A DNA stretch of 64,000 bases, taken from the IMG/VR virus record IMGVR_UViG_3300027763_000054. One strand, written 5' to 3'. Positions 9,027-19,118 of the stretch are shown one piece after another; within the stretch, counting starts at the first letter, position 1; each line of letters begins with the position of its first letter. Below the pieces are notes generated by a model. That model was not told the origin of the DNA. It did no database searches and saw nothing but the letters and a program-made list of their open reading frames with translations. Origin of the DNA: an uncultured virus (IMG/VR IMGVR_UViG_3300027763_000054). Lineage: Duplodnaviria > Heunggongvirae > Uroviricota > Caudoviricetes. The position numbers were made by a program, and so were the translations under genes.

Positions 9027-11411
9027 ATGGCTCAGCTAGTTTCCCCAGGTGTAAGCGTTTCGATTATTGACGAAAGCGCATACGCCAGCGCAGGTAGCGG
9101 TACTGTTCCTCTTATTGTTTTAGCCACTGGCGCAGACAAAAAGGCACCAGACGGCACTGCCGCAATATACACTACTGCTCCTTACGCTAAGAAACCAATT
9201 ATTGTTACTAGTCAGCGTGAGTTAGTTCAGTATTATGGTGAACCAAAGTTCACTATTGTTGACGGTACACCAGTACACGGTCACGAATTAAATGAATATG
9301 GCTTGCTAGCCGCTTATTACTACCTAGGTGTTGCTAACCGTGCTGTTCTAGTACGTGCTGACCTAGACATGACTCAACTAGAGCCACAAGCAGACGCCCC
9401 AACAGGCCCAGCTACAAATGGTCAATATTGGTTAGACACTGATAATACCCGAGGAGGCCTATTTGAAAGCGACGGAACAACATGGGTGTACAAGTATGCA
9501 ATTAGAACGGATGGCGTACCAGGAGCAGGCGAAGGTACCAATGGTAACTATGCATTAGACGTTACAAGTACAGTTAAAAAATTCTATAAAAAGGTTGCGG
9601 GTGCATGGATTGAAGTTACAAGTGCCGCACTTAATAAGCCTGTTACAGTATCTCCTCATTACAATGTCCCTTCAACAGTTTCAACTATAGGTGCTGTGTG
9701 GTTAAAAACAACGAGTCCAAATAATGGTTTTGTTTTAACACTAAAGAAATACAATAGTACAACACAAAGTTGGACACTACAAAAGGTTGGCGCTGGTAAT
9801 GTTGATCAATTGGTTGGTTATGTTGATAACGCAACTGCTACTAGTGCATTTGGTAGCAAATTGGCCACTAATAGCATTTACGTTCAGTTTCCTGAATCGA
9901 CTGCTGCCAAATTTGAAATCAAGCGTTATGATGGTGCTGCCTGGGCAAGTATTACCCCATCAGCATCTGACTATGCGCCAGTTGGGGCTGTAAAAGATGG
10001 TACACTATGGTATGACGCTGGTAGTGCTGTTGACATCTATGTTAAAACCACTGTAGATAATACACCAACATGGATGGCAGCAGACTCTGTTACAGTTAAC
10101 ACTGACGCCCCAGCGGAACCAAGCAATGGTGATATTTGGGTTGATACTAACGACATGGCAAATTATCCATTAATTAAAGTTTGGAATGGGTCAGCTTGGA
10201 TTGCACACGACAACGCAGATCAAACAACACAAACAGGTGTTTTATTTGCTGACTTGACAGCAGACCCAATGGATGACACAGGTGTTGCAGGCGGCGCAAA
10301 CCCAATGGACGAAGAAGCACCAAGTCCAGCATACTATCCAGACGGTATGTTGTTATGGAACAGTGCAGTAAGCTCTGGCAACGTTAAGATGTGGAACGCT
10401 GATATGGGATTCTGGCAAACAGAATCTGGTAACGTTGACAGCGGCCCTAAAGCTGGCGCACCATACATGTTTGATAAGGCACAACGTCGAGTAGTAGTTA
10501 AGCGTTTGCAAGAAGCATTAGCTGGTAACGATGAACTTCGTGCAGAAACACTAACATTTAACTTGATTGCTACACCAGCTTATGTCGAATGTATTGACGA
10601 GATGGTAACATTAAACGTTGACCGTAAGGAAACAGCGTTTGTTATTGCTGACTCACCAATGAAACTATCTAGCAAGACGACTGATGTTGTAAACTGGAGC
10701 CTAGGTACACAAGCAGGCACTAATGGTGCTGATGGCTTAGTTACACGCTCAGGTGGCGCCGCAATTTACTACCCAAGTGGTTTGTCAACAGACCTAAGTG
10801 GCAACGATGTTGCAGTTCCAGCAAGTCATGCAGTTCTACGTGGCTATGCTTATAACGACCAAGTTGCTTATCCATGGTTCGCACCAGCTGGTTTAACTCG
10901 TGGCGCTTTAAGTGGCATCAGCAATTTAGGTGTTGTTACAAGTGAAAATGAATTTAAACCACTTGCGCTAAATCAAGGTCAACGTGATGCACTATATGAA
11001 AAGAGTGTTAACCCGTTAGTAAACTTCCCTGGACAAGGTTTGTTCATTTGGGGTCAAAAGACTTTATATCCAAGTGCATCTGCACTTGACCGTGTAAACG
11101 TTGGTCGTTTACTTGCTTACTTGCGTGACCGTTTTGACGTAATTGCTAGACCGTTCATATTTGAACCAAATGATCAGAAAACACGCGATCGTGTTTTAGC
11201 AGTATTCAATAACTTCATGGCTGACATGTTTGCAAAACGTGCCGTATACGACTTCTTGGTTGTATGTGACGGTTCAAACAATACACCAGCTAGAATTGAT
11301 AGAAACGAATTGTACATTGACGTGGCCATTGAGCCAGTTAAGGCAGCTGAGTTTATCTACATTCCAATTCGTGTTGTTAATACTGGCGCTATTGCTGGTA
11401 ACCATAAATAA
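9027..11411 (+). CDS. Contractile tail sheath protein (gp18-like)
   Basis: LVSPGVSV N-terminus; PWFAPAGLTRG, WGQKTL, LDRVNVGRL, FEPND, EFIYIP C-terminal motifs. Confidence 0.95.
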   Translation: MAQLVSPGVSVSIIDESAYASAGSGTVPLIVLATGADKKAPDGTAAIYTTAPYAKKPIIVTSQRELVQYYGEPKFTIVDGTPVHGHELNEYGLLAAYYYLGVANRAVLVRADLDMTQLEPQADAPTGPATNGQYWLDTDNTRGGLFESDGTTWVYKYAIRTDGVPGAGEGTNGNYALDVTSTVKKFYKKVAGAWIEVTSAALNKPVTVSPHYNVPSTVSTIGAVWLKTTSPNNGFVLTLKKYNSTTQSWTLQKVGAGNVDQLVGYVDNATATSAFGSKLATNSIYVQFPESTAAKFEIKRYDGAAWASITPSASDYAPVGAVKDGTLWYDAGSAVDIYVKTTVDNTPTWMAADSVTVNTDAPAEPSNGDIWVDTNDMANYPLIKVWNGSAWIAHDNADQTTQTGVLFADLTADPMDDTGVAGGANPMDEEAPSPAYYPDGMLLWNSAVSSGNVKMWNADMGFWQTESGNVDSGPKAGAPYMFDKAQRRVVVKRLQEALAGNDELRAETLTFNLIATPAYVECIDEMVTLNVDRKETAFVIADSPMKLSSKTTDVVNWSLGTQAGTNGADGLVTRSGGAAIYYPSGLSTDLSGNDVAVPASHAVLRGYAYNDQVAYPWFAPAGLTRGALSGISNLGVVTSENEFKPLALNQGQRDALYEKSVNPLVNFPGQGLFIWGQKTLYPSASALDRVNVGRLLAYLRDRFDVIARPFIFEPNDQKTRDRVLAVFNNFMADMFAKRAVYDFLVVCDGSNNTPARIDRNELYIDVAIEPVKAAEFIYIPIRVVNTGAIAGNHK

Positions 11412-11430
11412 AGCACGAGGAGAATAAAAA

Positions 11431-12051
11431 ATGGCAGTCCAATTAGACAAATTTAATGTACCAAACCCAGACGGTAGTTCGGGTGTTTTGGTACAGCCAA
11501 AACTAAGCTATCGCTTCCGTGTTAGAATGGCTGACTTTGGTAACGGCGATACAATTGAATTAACAAGTCAAGTTGTTAGTGTTGCTCGTCCGTCAATGTC
11601 ACACGATGACGTTACAATTGATGTGTACAACTCAAGAATCTATCTTGCTGGTAAACACACATGGGACCCAATCTCATTGACAGTACGTGATGACGTAACT
11701 GGCCGTGTTGCTCGTGCTATTGCCGCGCAATTACAAAAGCAAGTTGATCACGCTGATCAATCATCTGCCAATGCTGGCAGTGGTTACAAGTTTGCTATGT
11801 CAATTGAAAACTTAGACGGCGGCAACAGTAACCCAGTTGTATTAGATTCATGGCAGTTAGCTGGTTGTTATATCCAGAATGTAAATTATGGCGAAAACAA
11901 TTATGCTACTAGCGATGCTTTACAGATTACTATCTCTATCAAGTACGATAATGCTAACCACATTGTGGACGGAACAGAGGCCCTAAACGGCGGCGTAGGA
12001 ACATCACCTGATGCTAATTCGCCAAGTTCAGCAGGTACAGCACCTGAATAA
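11431..12051 (+). CDS. Tail tube protein (gp19-like)
   Basis: Follows the sheath gene; PKLSYRFRV, YLAGKHTW, W.L.GC, ITISIKYD. Confidence 0.85.
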   Translation: MAVQLDKFNVPNPDGSSGVLVQPKLSYRFRVRMADFGNGDTIELTSQVVSVARPSMSHDDVTIDVYNSRIYLAGKHTWDPISLTVRDDVTGRVARAIAAQLQKQVDHADQSSANAGSGYKFAMSIENLDGGNSNPVVLDSWQLAGCYIQNVNYGENNYATSDALQITISIKYDNANHIVDGTEALNGGVGTSPDANSPSSAGTAPE

Positions 12052-12105
12052 AGTAATACTTTATTCTAAGTGATAAGTAAATGCAAACAGAGATGTTTGC
12101 CTAAA

Positions 12106-12133
12106 AATAAAGGGCGAGAAATCGCCCTTTATT
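12106..12133 (+). terminator. Intrinsic terminator
   Basis: AAAGGGCGA-GAAA-TCGCCCTTT followed by TATT. Confidence 0.65.
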
Positions 12134-12143
12134 GTTGAAATAT

Positions 12144-13508
12144 ATGTTTACTAACCTTTCTAAAAAATTCATTCTAAACGGACAAGACTCAAATGGGGCA
12201 TATCCTGACAATAGTCCGTTAAGCGATGGCTTTGTCTACATGAAGTTTGCCTGGGAGGTTCGTATTAGCTTAGAAGGCGAAGGAGGCCTATCTAGTGCAA
12301 ATATGTTAGTAGCAAAAACATGTGACTTGCCCAAGTTTACATTTGATACACAAGTTGTGAATGTTTACAATCACAAAACACTTGTTCAAACTAAAATGAA
12401 CTATGAGCCATTATCAATGAGCTTTTATGATCAAGCAAACGGTCAAATTGAAAAGTTAGTTATGGACTTTGTTAAAGGACAATTTGACCCTATTGATGGT
12501 AGTAAAACAGCAAGCAACACTCCATTGACCATAGAAATTAAAATGAAAAATCTTAGTGCTCCAGATGCTCCTCCTAAGGTTTACACATTATTAAATGCAT
12601 ACATTACTGATGTGCAACACGATTCACTAGATTATAGTTCAAGCGATCCAGTGTTGTGGACATTAACAGTTCGTTACGAAGATTTAAGTACAGCTGACTT
12701 TGATCAGCAAGCAGATCCTGTTAAAGCAGGCATACCTGCTAGACCTAAGCCACCTAAGCCAGTGGAAACACCAGTTGTCAAACCACCTAAGGCTGATGCA
12801 AAAACTTCCGGAGAAGCCCCAAAAGATGAACCAATGTGGACTGATCCAATGGGTACTACAGATGGTGCGGCTATTATGGCAGTTGCTGGAACTAACTCTA
12901 AGCCAAAGGAACAGAAAGCCTGGCCAGAACCACTAACTAATAATTCTAAATATCCATCGAATCCATCAACATCAGTTTCGCCTAGACCAACTAGTAGCTG
13001 GCAAACCCAACAGGTCTGGGATTCCAAATATGCTAGTGGATGGAATGCTGATGGTACAAGTAAAAATGCAACAACTTATTCACCTAGTACTGGCACATCA
13101 CCAACTTCAAACACACCTGCTAAAATGCCAGACCGTGCGTTGTCAAGTAATCAGAAAGATTTTATTGCCCGAGAAGAGGCTGCAACAAAAGACGCAGGTT
13201 ACAACGAAGCATGGAAAAAAGCATACCTTGAAGAACTTAAAAAGGATCCGCCTAGGAGTAACAGTCCTACTGAAATACAAATTGCCAAGAGAAAAGCAGA
13301 AGTTCGCGCCGCCGAGCAAGCACCAAGGTATCCAAGTCAAACGCGAACCGTAGAAAGCGATGGCACAATGGTTAATAGATCAAATAATAATCCTTCAGCA
13401 ATGAATTCAGCATCATCTAATCGTGGACAAGCTGTTAGCAATACACAAGCCCAACGTGAACAGGCTTTACAAAATCAACGCGGTTCAAAGCCAGGAGGTG
13501 ATTTCTAA
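12144..13508 (+). CDS. Tube-fold baseplate/tube initiator protein (gp48/gp54-like) with long Pro/Ser/Thr-rich tail
   Basis: N-terminal tube-like motifs (CDLPKF, NVYNHK, YEPLSMSFYD, LDYSSSD, LTVRYE), then a low-complexity C-terminus. Confidence 0.6.
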   Translation: MFTNLSKKFILNGQDSNGAYPDNSPLSDGFVYMKFAWEVRISLEGEGGLSSANMLVAKTCDLPKFTFDTQVVNVYNHKTLVQTKMNYEPLSMSFYDQANGQIEKLVMDFVKGQFDPIDGSKTASNTPLTIEIKMKNLSAPDAPPKVYTLLNAYITDVQHDSLDYSSSDPVLWTLTVRYEDLSTADFDQQADPVKAGIPARPKPPKPVETPVVKPPKADAKTSGEAPKDEPMWTDPMGTTDGAAIMAVAGTNSKPKEQKAWPEPLTNNSKYPSNPSTSVSPRPTSSWQTQQVWDSKYASGWNADGTSKNATTYSPSTGTSPTSNTPAKMPDRALSSNQKDFIAREEAATKDAGYNEAWKKAYLEELKKDPPRSNSPTEIQIAKRKAEVRAAEQAPRYPSQTRTVESDGTMVNRSNNNPSAMNSASSNRGQAVSNTQAQREQALQNQRGSKPGGDF

Positions 13509-13795
13509 TGGCATACAAAGTAATACCTCAAGTTGAATTTGACAAATCTGTGCAACAAATTATGTCAACAGGTCTAGGACGCTCGCCTGCAGAAAATATT
13601 GTGCTTGCTTTTTGGAAAGCAAGTATAGACTTGAACAAAAATTTTAAAAAGTTAATTGAAACGGCTGTTGCCACAGGCAAATTAGAAGTAAGTCAAGAAG
13701 TGTTAAATCACATTAATAGTAATTTGCCTGATACAATCAATTACTATCTAAAAACTACATCAACTATTACTCCTATTGCACTTAGAGAACTATGA
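13508..13795 (+). CDS. Hypothetical protein
   Basis: 95-aa ORF translationally coupled (TAATG) in the structural operon. Confidence 0.7.
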   Translation: MAYKVIPQVEFDKSVQQIMSTGLGRSPAENIVLAFWKASIDLNKNFKKLIETAVATGKLEVSQEVLNHINSNLPDTINYYLKTTSTITPIALREL

Positions 13796-14241
13796 GCTCA
13801 CCATACTCACAAGGTTTTTACACACCTATCAATGCAGAAAAATACGCTGGTAAAGGTACTCCAAAATACAGAAGCGGATGGGAATTAACTTTTATGCGTT
13901 TTTGTGATAATCATCCTAGTGTAATAAATTGGGCAAGTGAATGCGTTCGCATACCTTATAAAAATCCATTTACAGGCAAAGACACCTTTTATGTACCTGA
14001 TTTTTTTGTTACATATCAAGTAAACGGAGTAAGACGCGGCGAATTAATTGAAATAAAGCCTAAGGCACAAGCAGTTATGGAACTAGCTCGTAGTCAAAAA
14101 GAAAAGGCCGCAGTAGCACTTAACATGTGCAAATGGGCTGCCGCACAAATATGGTGCAAGCGTATGGGTGCAACATTCCGTATATTAACAGAAGAAGACA
14201 TCTACAACAACTTAAATCCAAGCAAAAAACGTAGAAAATAA
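13792..14241 (+). CDS. Head completion nuclease (T4 gp4-like, TnsA-like fold)
   Basis: YRSGWE..FM.FCD, WASE, YVPDF, IEIKP, KWAAA, FRILTE. Confidence 0.85.
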   Translation: MSSPYSQGFYTPINAEKYAGKGTPKYRSGWELTFMRFCDNHPSVINWASECVRIPYKNPFTGKDTFYVPDFFVTYQVNGVRRGELIEIKPKAQAVMELARSQKEKAAVALNMCKWAAAQIWCKRMGATFRILTEEDIYNNLNPSKKRRK

Positions 14242-14286
14242 CATAACATACCAAGATATTAATGTGTTGCAGTCATAAGTAATATT

Positions 14287-14802
14287 ATGACTAAAAAATT
14301 AGAAGAAGTTTTTGGTTTTCCTCCCTTAGAGGAAACATTGGCTTCTCGAGACACACAAGAACAACATGCTCAAGTACCCATTGAAGTACAAGAGCAAATT
14401 GAAACCGCACATGCTACCATTGAAATGGCTAGCCGTGTTGATATTGCCTTGCCTACTGTCACAGATATGGCACAAGCAGAGCGTGAGTTAGACACTTTAG
14501 CTAATACAGCTCAAGAGCAAAGCGAACGCTTAATGGATTTAGGTTTCAATGTTGATGATAGGAATGCAGGTAAGATTTTTGAAGTAGCCGCACAATTGTT
14601 AAAAACAGCAGTTGATGCTAAAACAGCAAAAATTGATAAAAAGCTTAAAATGGTTGAATTACAGTTGCGTAAAGCCCGGATGGACAGCGATAAAGGATCT
14701 AAAGATACAGGAAATGTATTAGATGCATCTGATATTGGCCTAACTGGAAATCGCAATGATATTGTACAAGCCATCCTAAACCGTGTGGGTCAGAATAAAT
14801 AG
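14287..14802 (+). CDS. Putative terminase small subunit
   Basis: Helical protein upstream of terL with a C-terminal GNRNDIVQAIL motif reminiscent of gp16. Confidence 0.5.
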   Translation: MTKKLEEVFGFPPLEETLASRDTQEQHAQVPIEVQEQIETAHATIEMASRVDIALPTVTDMAQAERELDTLANTAQEQSERLMDLGFNVDDRNAGKIFEVAAQLLKTAVDAKTAKIDKKLKMVELQLRKARMDSDKGSKDTGNVLDASDIGLTGNRNDIVQAILNRVGQNK

Positions 14803-14822
14803 TCTTATGAGAGGATTTAAAC

Positions 14823-15452
14823 ATGCCCACTTTATTAGAATACATTAATCAGTTACAACGCGAGCACCGCTATCGTATTAAGATGGCCTTTTCTCCATCC
14901 GAAAGCCAACTTGAGAGTTTAGAGCGTCATATGAAAAAGTATGATGCACTAGAAGTTGGACGTCCTGAAAAACTAATGTTACAAGCACAACCAATGGACT
15001 TCCCAGAATTAGGCGGACATGAAATTGTTATTGTTGACGTTGTTACACGCTTACCAGTAAGCCCCCCTACATTGGAATCAGAACTACGTTCTCTACTATA
15101 TGTAAACGAAGGCGCACTAAAAGTGTTTGGCCGTGACGAACCAATTGAAAAGCAAATTGAAGATAACAAAGAGCCAAACACAGAAGCTAAGGTAGGAACA
15201 GAGTACAGCGAAGCTGAAGCTAACCCTATTAAAGCAGATGAAGCCACTGGCGATACATATAATCAGAACTTGTTGAAAACGCTGGATAAGAATCGAGCTG
15301 AAGCAAAAGCTAGTATTGTTAAATCGGCCGCAAAGTCAGATGCTAAAATGAGCGACCCAACTTGGGAAACGCCAACAGATGGTGCAACAAGTCCAGTTGG
15401 TACAAAGAAACAAAATGTTCCTTATCCTACTAGAACAGGAGCAAAAAAATGA
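14823..15452 (+). CDS. Hypothetical (probable head-associated) protein
   Basis: 209-aa ORF, TAAATA upstream, GAGG RBS. Confidence 0.7.
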   Translation: MPTLLEYINQLQREHRYRIKMAFSPSESQLESLERHMKKYDALEVGRPEKLMLQAQPMDFPELGGHEIVIVDVVTRLPVSPPTLESELRSLLYVNEGALKVFGRDEPIEKQIEDNKEPNTEAKVGTEYSEAEANPIKADEATGDTYNQNLLKTLDKNRAEAKASIVKSAAKSDAKMSDPTWETPTDGATSPVGTKKQNVPYPTRTGAKK

Positions 15453-16675
15453 ACTACAATAATAGTAACAAAAAAATAAAAACAGCTGAATCAGCAATGA
15501 TGGAAAAATCTCCACCAAATTTTGATCCAGCATTAGAGAAAAAACTTTTGAAACAATATGCAAGCGAGCCGGCGAAGGCTTATGCCACAATGTGGGATAT
15601 CCACAATAAGAAGAATGAAAGCACCAATGGTATTCGAGTTGCCAAAGAAGGCATTGAAGAATGTTGGGATGACATGGGAGGTCAAACAATGACACAAGAA
15701 AATGGCGAACAGATGTCAGTAACAATTTCTATGCCAGGAAAGAATATCAGCGTTACTACAGACAGTGCCGACGAAATCGGTAACATTTTACGTTTAGCAG
15801 GTATTAATGTTGGTGGCATGAGCCAAGAAGTACCCGGCGATGTTGACGGCGACGGCGATCACGACATTCACGATCATGAAGCTGAAATTATGTACGTTGG
15901 TACTGGTGCTGAGGGTGAACCAAGTGTTCCGGCTCAACCAGCTGAAGAACCAGAAGAGGAAGAAGAGCAGACTCAAGAAGCTACTCAAACTCCAAAGCCA
16001 TGGACTGATAGCGAAGGCAATGAACATCCTGGTACAGCCGTTAAGGGTGACAAGTACGGCAACCAAGAAGAAGAAAAAGAAGTTGAGGAAGCTACCAAGA
16101 CTGATAAGCCATGGACAGACATGAATGGTGAAGAACATCCTGGTACAGCCGTTAAGGGTGACAAGTACGGCAACCAAGAAGAAGAAAAAGAAGTTGACGA
16201 GTCTGCTCGTATTCTTCAATTAGCTGGTTTAGGTGAAGCTAAGAAACCTGATGCTGATAACGATGGCGTTCCAGATTGGGCCGACGAGCACCCAGGTGAA
16301 GATGACAATGAAGTTAAAGAATCTACCGAAGCTGAAGAAGACGATGAAGATTATTATTCTTTACCTATGCCCAATGGCGAGTACGATGAAGTTGAAGAGT
16401 CAGCTCGCATTTTAGCATTGGCTGGATTAGGCGAAAGCAAATTAATGAACAGTCCAGCTGGTACAAGTATGGACGAGCCAAAAGTTTATGACAGTTTACC
16501 AAGCCGTTCAGGCACAGGTAAAGGTAGTCCAGACTTTGGTGCAAATCGTGCTAACGGACAAGGCGAAAACCCAATGGGTGATGGTACACACACTGTTACT
16601 GTTGAAGAACAGTTTAAACGTGCAATGGGTGAATATCGTAAGTTTGTTGCAGAAAATATTGCTCGAAAAAAGTAA
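15449..16675 (+). CDS. Highly acidic repeat protein, possible scaffold/internal head protein
   Basis: Glu-rich; three IL.LAG[LI] motifs; DxDxDG motifs; internal 37-aa duplication. Confidence 0.7.
   Translation: MNYNNSNKKIKTAESAMMEKSPPNFDPALEKKLLKQYASEPAKAYATMWDIHNKKNESTNGIRVAKEGIEECWDDMGGQTMTQENGEQMSVTISMPGKNISVTTDSADEIGNILRLAGINVGGMSQEVPGDVDGDGDHDIHDHEAEIMYVGTGAEGEPSVPAQPAEEPEEEEEQTQEATQTPKPWTDSEGNEHPGTAVKGDKYGNQEEEKEVEEATKTDKPWTDMNGEEHPGTAVKGDKYGNQEEEKEVDESARILQLAGLGEAKKPDADNDGVPDWADEHPGEDDNEVKESTEAEEDDEDYYSLPMPNGEYDEVEESARILALAGLGESKLMNSPAGTSMDEPKVYDSLPSRSGTGKGSPDFGANRANGQGENPMGDGTHTVTVEEQFKRAMGEYRKFVAENIARKK
16022..16197 (+). repeat. 65-bp exact direct repeat, 111-bp period (in-frame)
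   Basis: GAACATCCTGGTACAGCC...GAAGTTGA at 16022-16086 and 16133-16197. Confidence 0.95.
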
Positions 16676-16687
16676 TAGGAGGCCCTT

Positions 16688-18238
16688 GTGGCTCTTGAAA
16701 ATACTTTTGTAAAACAGCCATTCAAAGTAGAAAAGTTCACGGACGATCAAGTCCGTGAACTTGCCTTGTGTGCTCAAGATCCTGTATACTTTATTGATAC
16801 ATATTGCTGGGTACAACATCCAACTAAGGGTAAAGTTCGTTTTGCACTATTTGATTATCAGCGCGAACTAATTGATTGTTATCATAACAATCGTTATAGT
16901 ATCAACATGCTTGGTCGCCAGATGGGCAAGACTGCCTGCGCGGCAGCCTACCTGGTATGGCGAGCAATGTTCATGGCAGATCAAACAATTCTCATTGCCG
17001 CACACAAGTTTGCCGGTGCTCAAGAGATTATGCAACGTGTTCGTTATACATATGAAACACTTCCTGAATTTTTAAAAGCAGGTGCTACTAGTTATAACAA
17101 AGGTAGCATTGACTTTGATAATGGTAGTCGCATTATTTCAACAACCACAACAGAAACAACAGCTCGTGGTATGTCATTATCATTAATTTATTGTGACGAG
17201 TTTGCTTTCGTTAAACCACGTATTGCAAGTGAGTTTTGGACTTCTATTAGTCCTACACTATCAACAGGTGGTAAGTGTATTATTACAAGTACACCTAACC
17301 AGGATGATGACCAATTTGCTCGTATTTGGAAAGATGCTACCAAGAACATTGATGAGTATGGCAATCAGCAAAAGCTAGGCCGCAACGGATTTGCCAGCAT
17401 TAAGTTTATATGGAGTTCACATCCAGATAGAGATGAAGTATGGGCACAAACCGAACGCATTAAGATCGGTGAAGAACGTTTCTTACGTGAACACGAATGC
17501 GAATTTGTTATTGCTGACGAAACGCTAGTTAACTCAATGAAGTTAATTACTATGGAAAGTAAAGACCCTGCTCTTAAAATTGGTCAAGTACGAGTCTACA
17601 AGTATCCAGAAAGCAACAGTGGTTATGCTATTGGTTGGGATCCAAGCTTGGGCACTGGCGGCGACCCCGCCGCCATTCAAGTTTTTAAACTACCAGAACT
17701 TCAACAAGTTGCTGAATGGCAGCATAACAAAACAGATATACAAGGACAGCTAAGAACCCTGGTAAGCATATTAAAATGGTTACAAGATGAAACTGATGGT
17801 ACAGCTGAAATATACTGGTCAGTAGAAAATAACACCATTGGTGAAGCCGCACTAATTAGTATTCGTGAATATGGAGAAGAACATATTCCAGGCACATTTG
17901 TACAGGAAATTCGCAGAGTAGGGCAAAGTAGAGGTCGTCGAGGTTTTAATACCGGGCATAAAACAAAAATCACTGCTTGTATGCGATTGAAAAACTATGT
18001 TGAAAGCGACAAAATGACAATTCGTAGTCATAACTTATTGCGAGAACTAAAGAATTTTATTGCACGTGGTGCTAGTTTTGCGGCCAAAGATGGAGAAACA
18101 GATGACCTAGTAATGGCAACAATATTAGTACTACGTATTGTTGAAGTAGTAATGACCTGGGACTCGGCAACCTATGATAGATTAGTAAATGCCGGAAGTG
18201 ATGAAGTCCTAAAGCCCATGCCAATAGGCTTCTTATAA
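16688..18238 (+). CDS. terL: Terminase large subunit (gp17-like)
   Basis: GRQMGKT Walker A, LIYCDEFAF Walker B, ITSTPN, IGWDPS nuclease Asp, DDLVMA. Confidence 0.95.
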   Translation: MALENTFVKQPFKVEKFTDDQVRELALCAQDPVYFIDTYCWVQHPTKGKVRFALFDYQRELIDCYHNNRYSINMLGRQMGKTACAAAYLVWRAMFMADQTILIAAHKFAGAQEIMQRVRYTYETLPEFLKAGATSYNKGSIDFDNGSRIISTTTTETTARGMSLSLIYCDEFAFVKPRIASEFWTSISPTLSTGGKCIITSTPNQDDDQFARIWKDATKNIDEYGNQQKLGRNGFASIKFIWSSHPDRDEVWAQTERIKIGEERFLREHECEFVIADETLVNSMKLITMESKDPALKIGQVRVYKYPESNSGYAIGWDPSLGTGGDPAAIQVFKLPELQQVAEWQHNKTDIQGQLRTLVSILKWLQDETDGTAEIYWSVENNTIGEAALISIREYGEEHIPGTFVQEIRRVGQSRGRRGFNTGHKTKITACMRLKNYVESDKMTIRSHNLLRELKNFIARGASFAAKDGETDDLVMATILVLRIVEVVMTWDSATYDRLVNAGSDEVLKPMPIGFL

Positions 18239-18250
18239 CTAAATACAAGT

Positions 18251-19108
18251 ATGAGTGTACAACAAGATCTAACCGCAGAAATCGCAGCCAGTGTTGCTGG
18301 AACTAGCCATAATGTCAATTTTAAAGACGAAGATGGTGCAGATACTATTGACCAGCAAGATGCAATTTATCAATATTTGCCAGACCAAAATATAATGGTC
18401 ATGGTAAACAATGATGATACTGAAGTTGAAATTTGGTATGATCCACAAAAAACAGATACAGCGTGGCTAGAAAAATCATTCAAATCACGCATTACAGCAA
18501 TTGCACATCGTTACCTATATACAGTAGTAACCAAGAGTTACGCAGGTGATATTGAACCTAAGAAATTGGTTCATAGAACAGAGTACAAGTTAAAAGAAAA
18601 TCGCAATACTACCAAGACCAGTTACCATCCACTGGGTAATACAAAGATTATTCTTCGTCACAGCAAGCCTGTAACAGAAGAAAAACCAGGTGCTCGTAGT
18701 AGAAATATTGAAGCCTTGTTCATTGAGAATCACGGTGAGCGATTCCGTTATCCACATTCACATTTATTAGGTGCTCGTGTAATGGCATTGCATGTAGATC
18801 AAGGTGGCAAGCCCTGGGACACACTTGGTGAAAAAATTATTGAAATCAGTCGTCGTCGCAAAGATGTAATGGAATTGCTCAGATGGAGCAAGCGATTAGA
18901 TGGTACACAACAGATAGATGAAATTCGCAACAAGGGTCGAAGCGAAGTTATCATGTTAAAGCGCATGATGGAGAGAGCGGCAAGGACAGGTAATCTAAGT
19001 GATATCATTGAATATCAATTACCATCAATGTATCATGTTAATCAATCTATGGTAAGCGAAGCAGTAAATGATCTTACGTTAAATTTAGATAAATTGTTAG
19101 TAAAATAA
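18251..19108 (+). CDS. Hypothetical late protein
   Basis: 285-aa ORF with TAAATA 5 nt before the ATG. Confidence 0.75.
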   Translation: MSVQQDLTAEIAASVAGTSHNVNFKDEDGADTIDQQDAIYQYLPDQNIMVMVNNDDTEVEIWYDPQKTDTAWLEKSFKSRITAIAHRYLYTVVTKSYAGDIEPKKLVHRTEYKLKENRNTTKTSYHPLGNTKIILRHSKPVTEEKPGARSRNIEALFIENHGERFRYPHSHLLGARVMALHVDQGGKPWDTLGEKIIEISRRRKDVMELLRWSKRLDGTQQIDEIRNKGRSEVIMLKRMMERAARTGNLSDIIEYQLPSMYHVNQSMVSEAVNDLTLNLDKLLVK

Positions 19109-19118
19109 AATTTTTGTT

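Noticed and set aside
16022..16197. Direct repeats as a possible CRISPR array
   Set aside because: Only two copies, 65 bp long, in frame inside a coding sequence; no cas genes.
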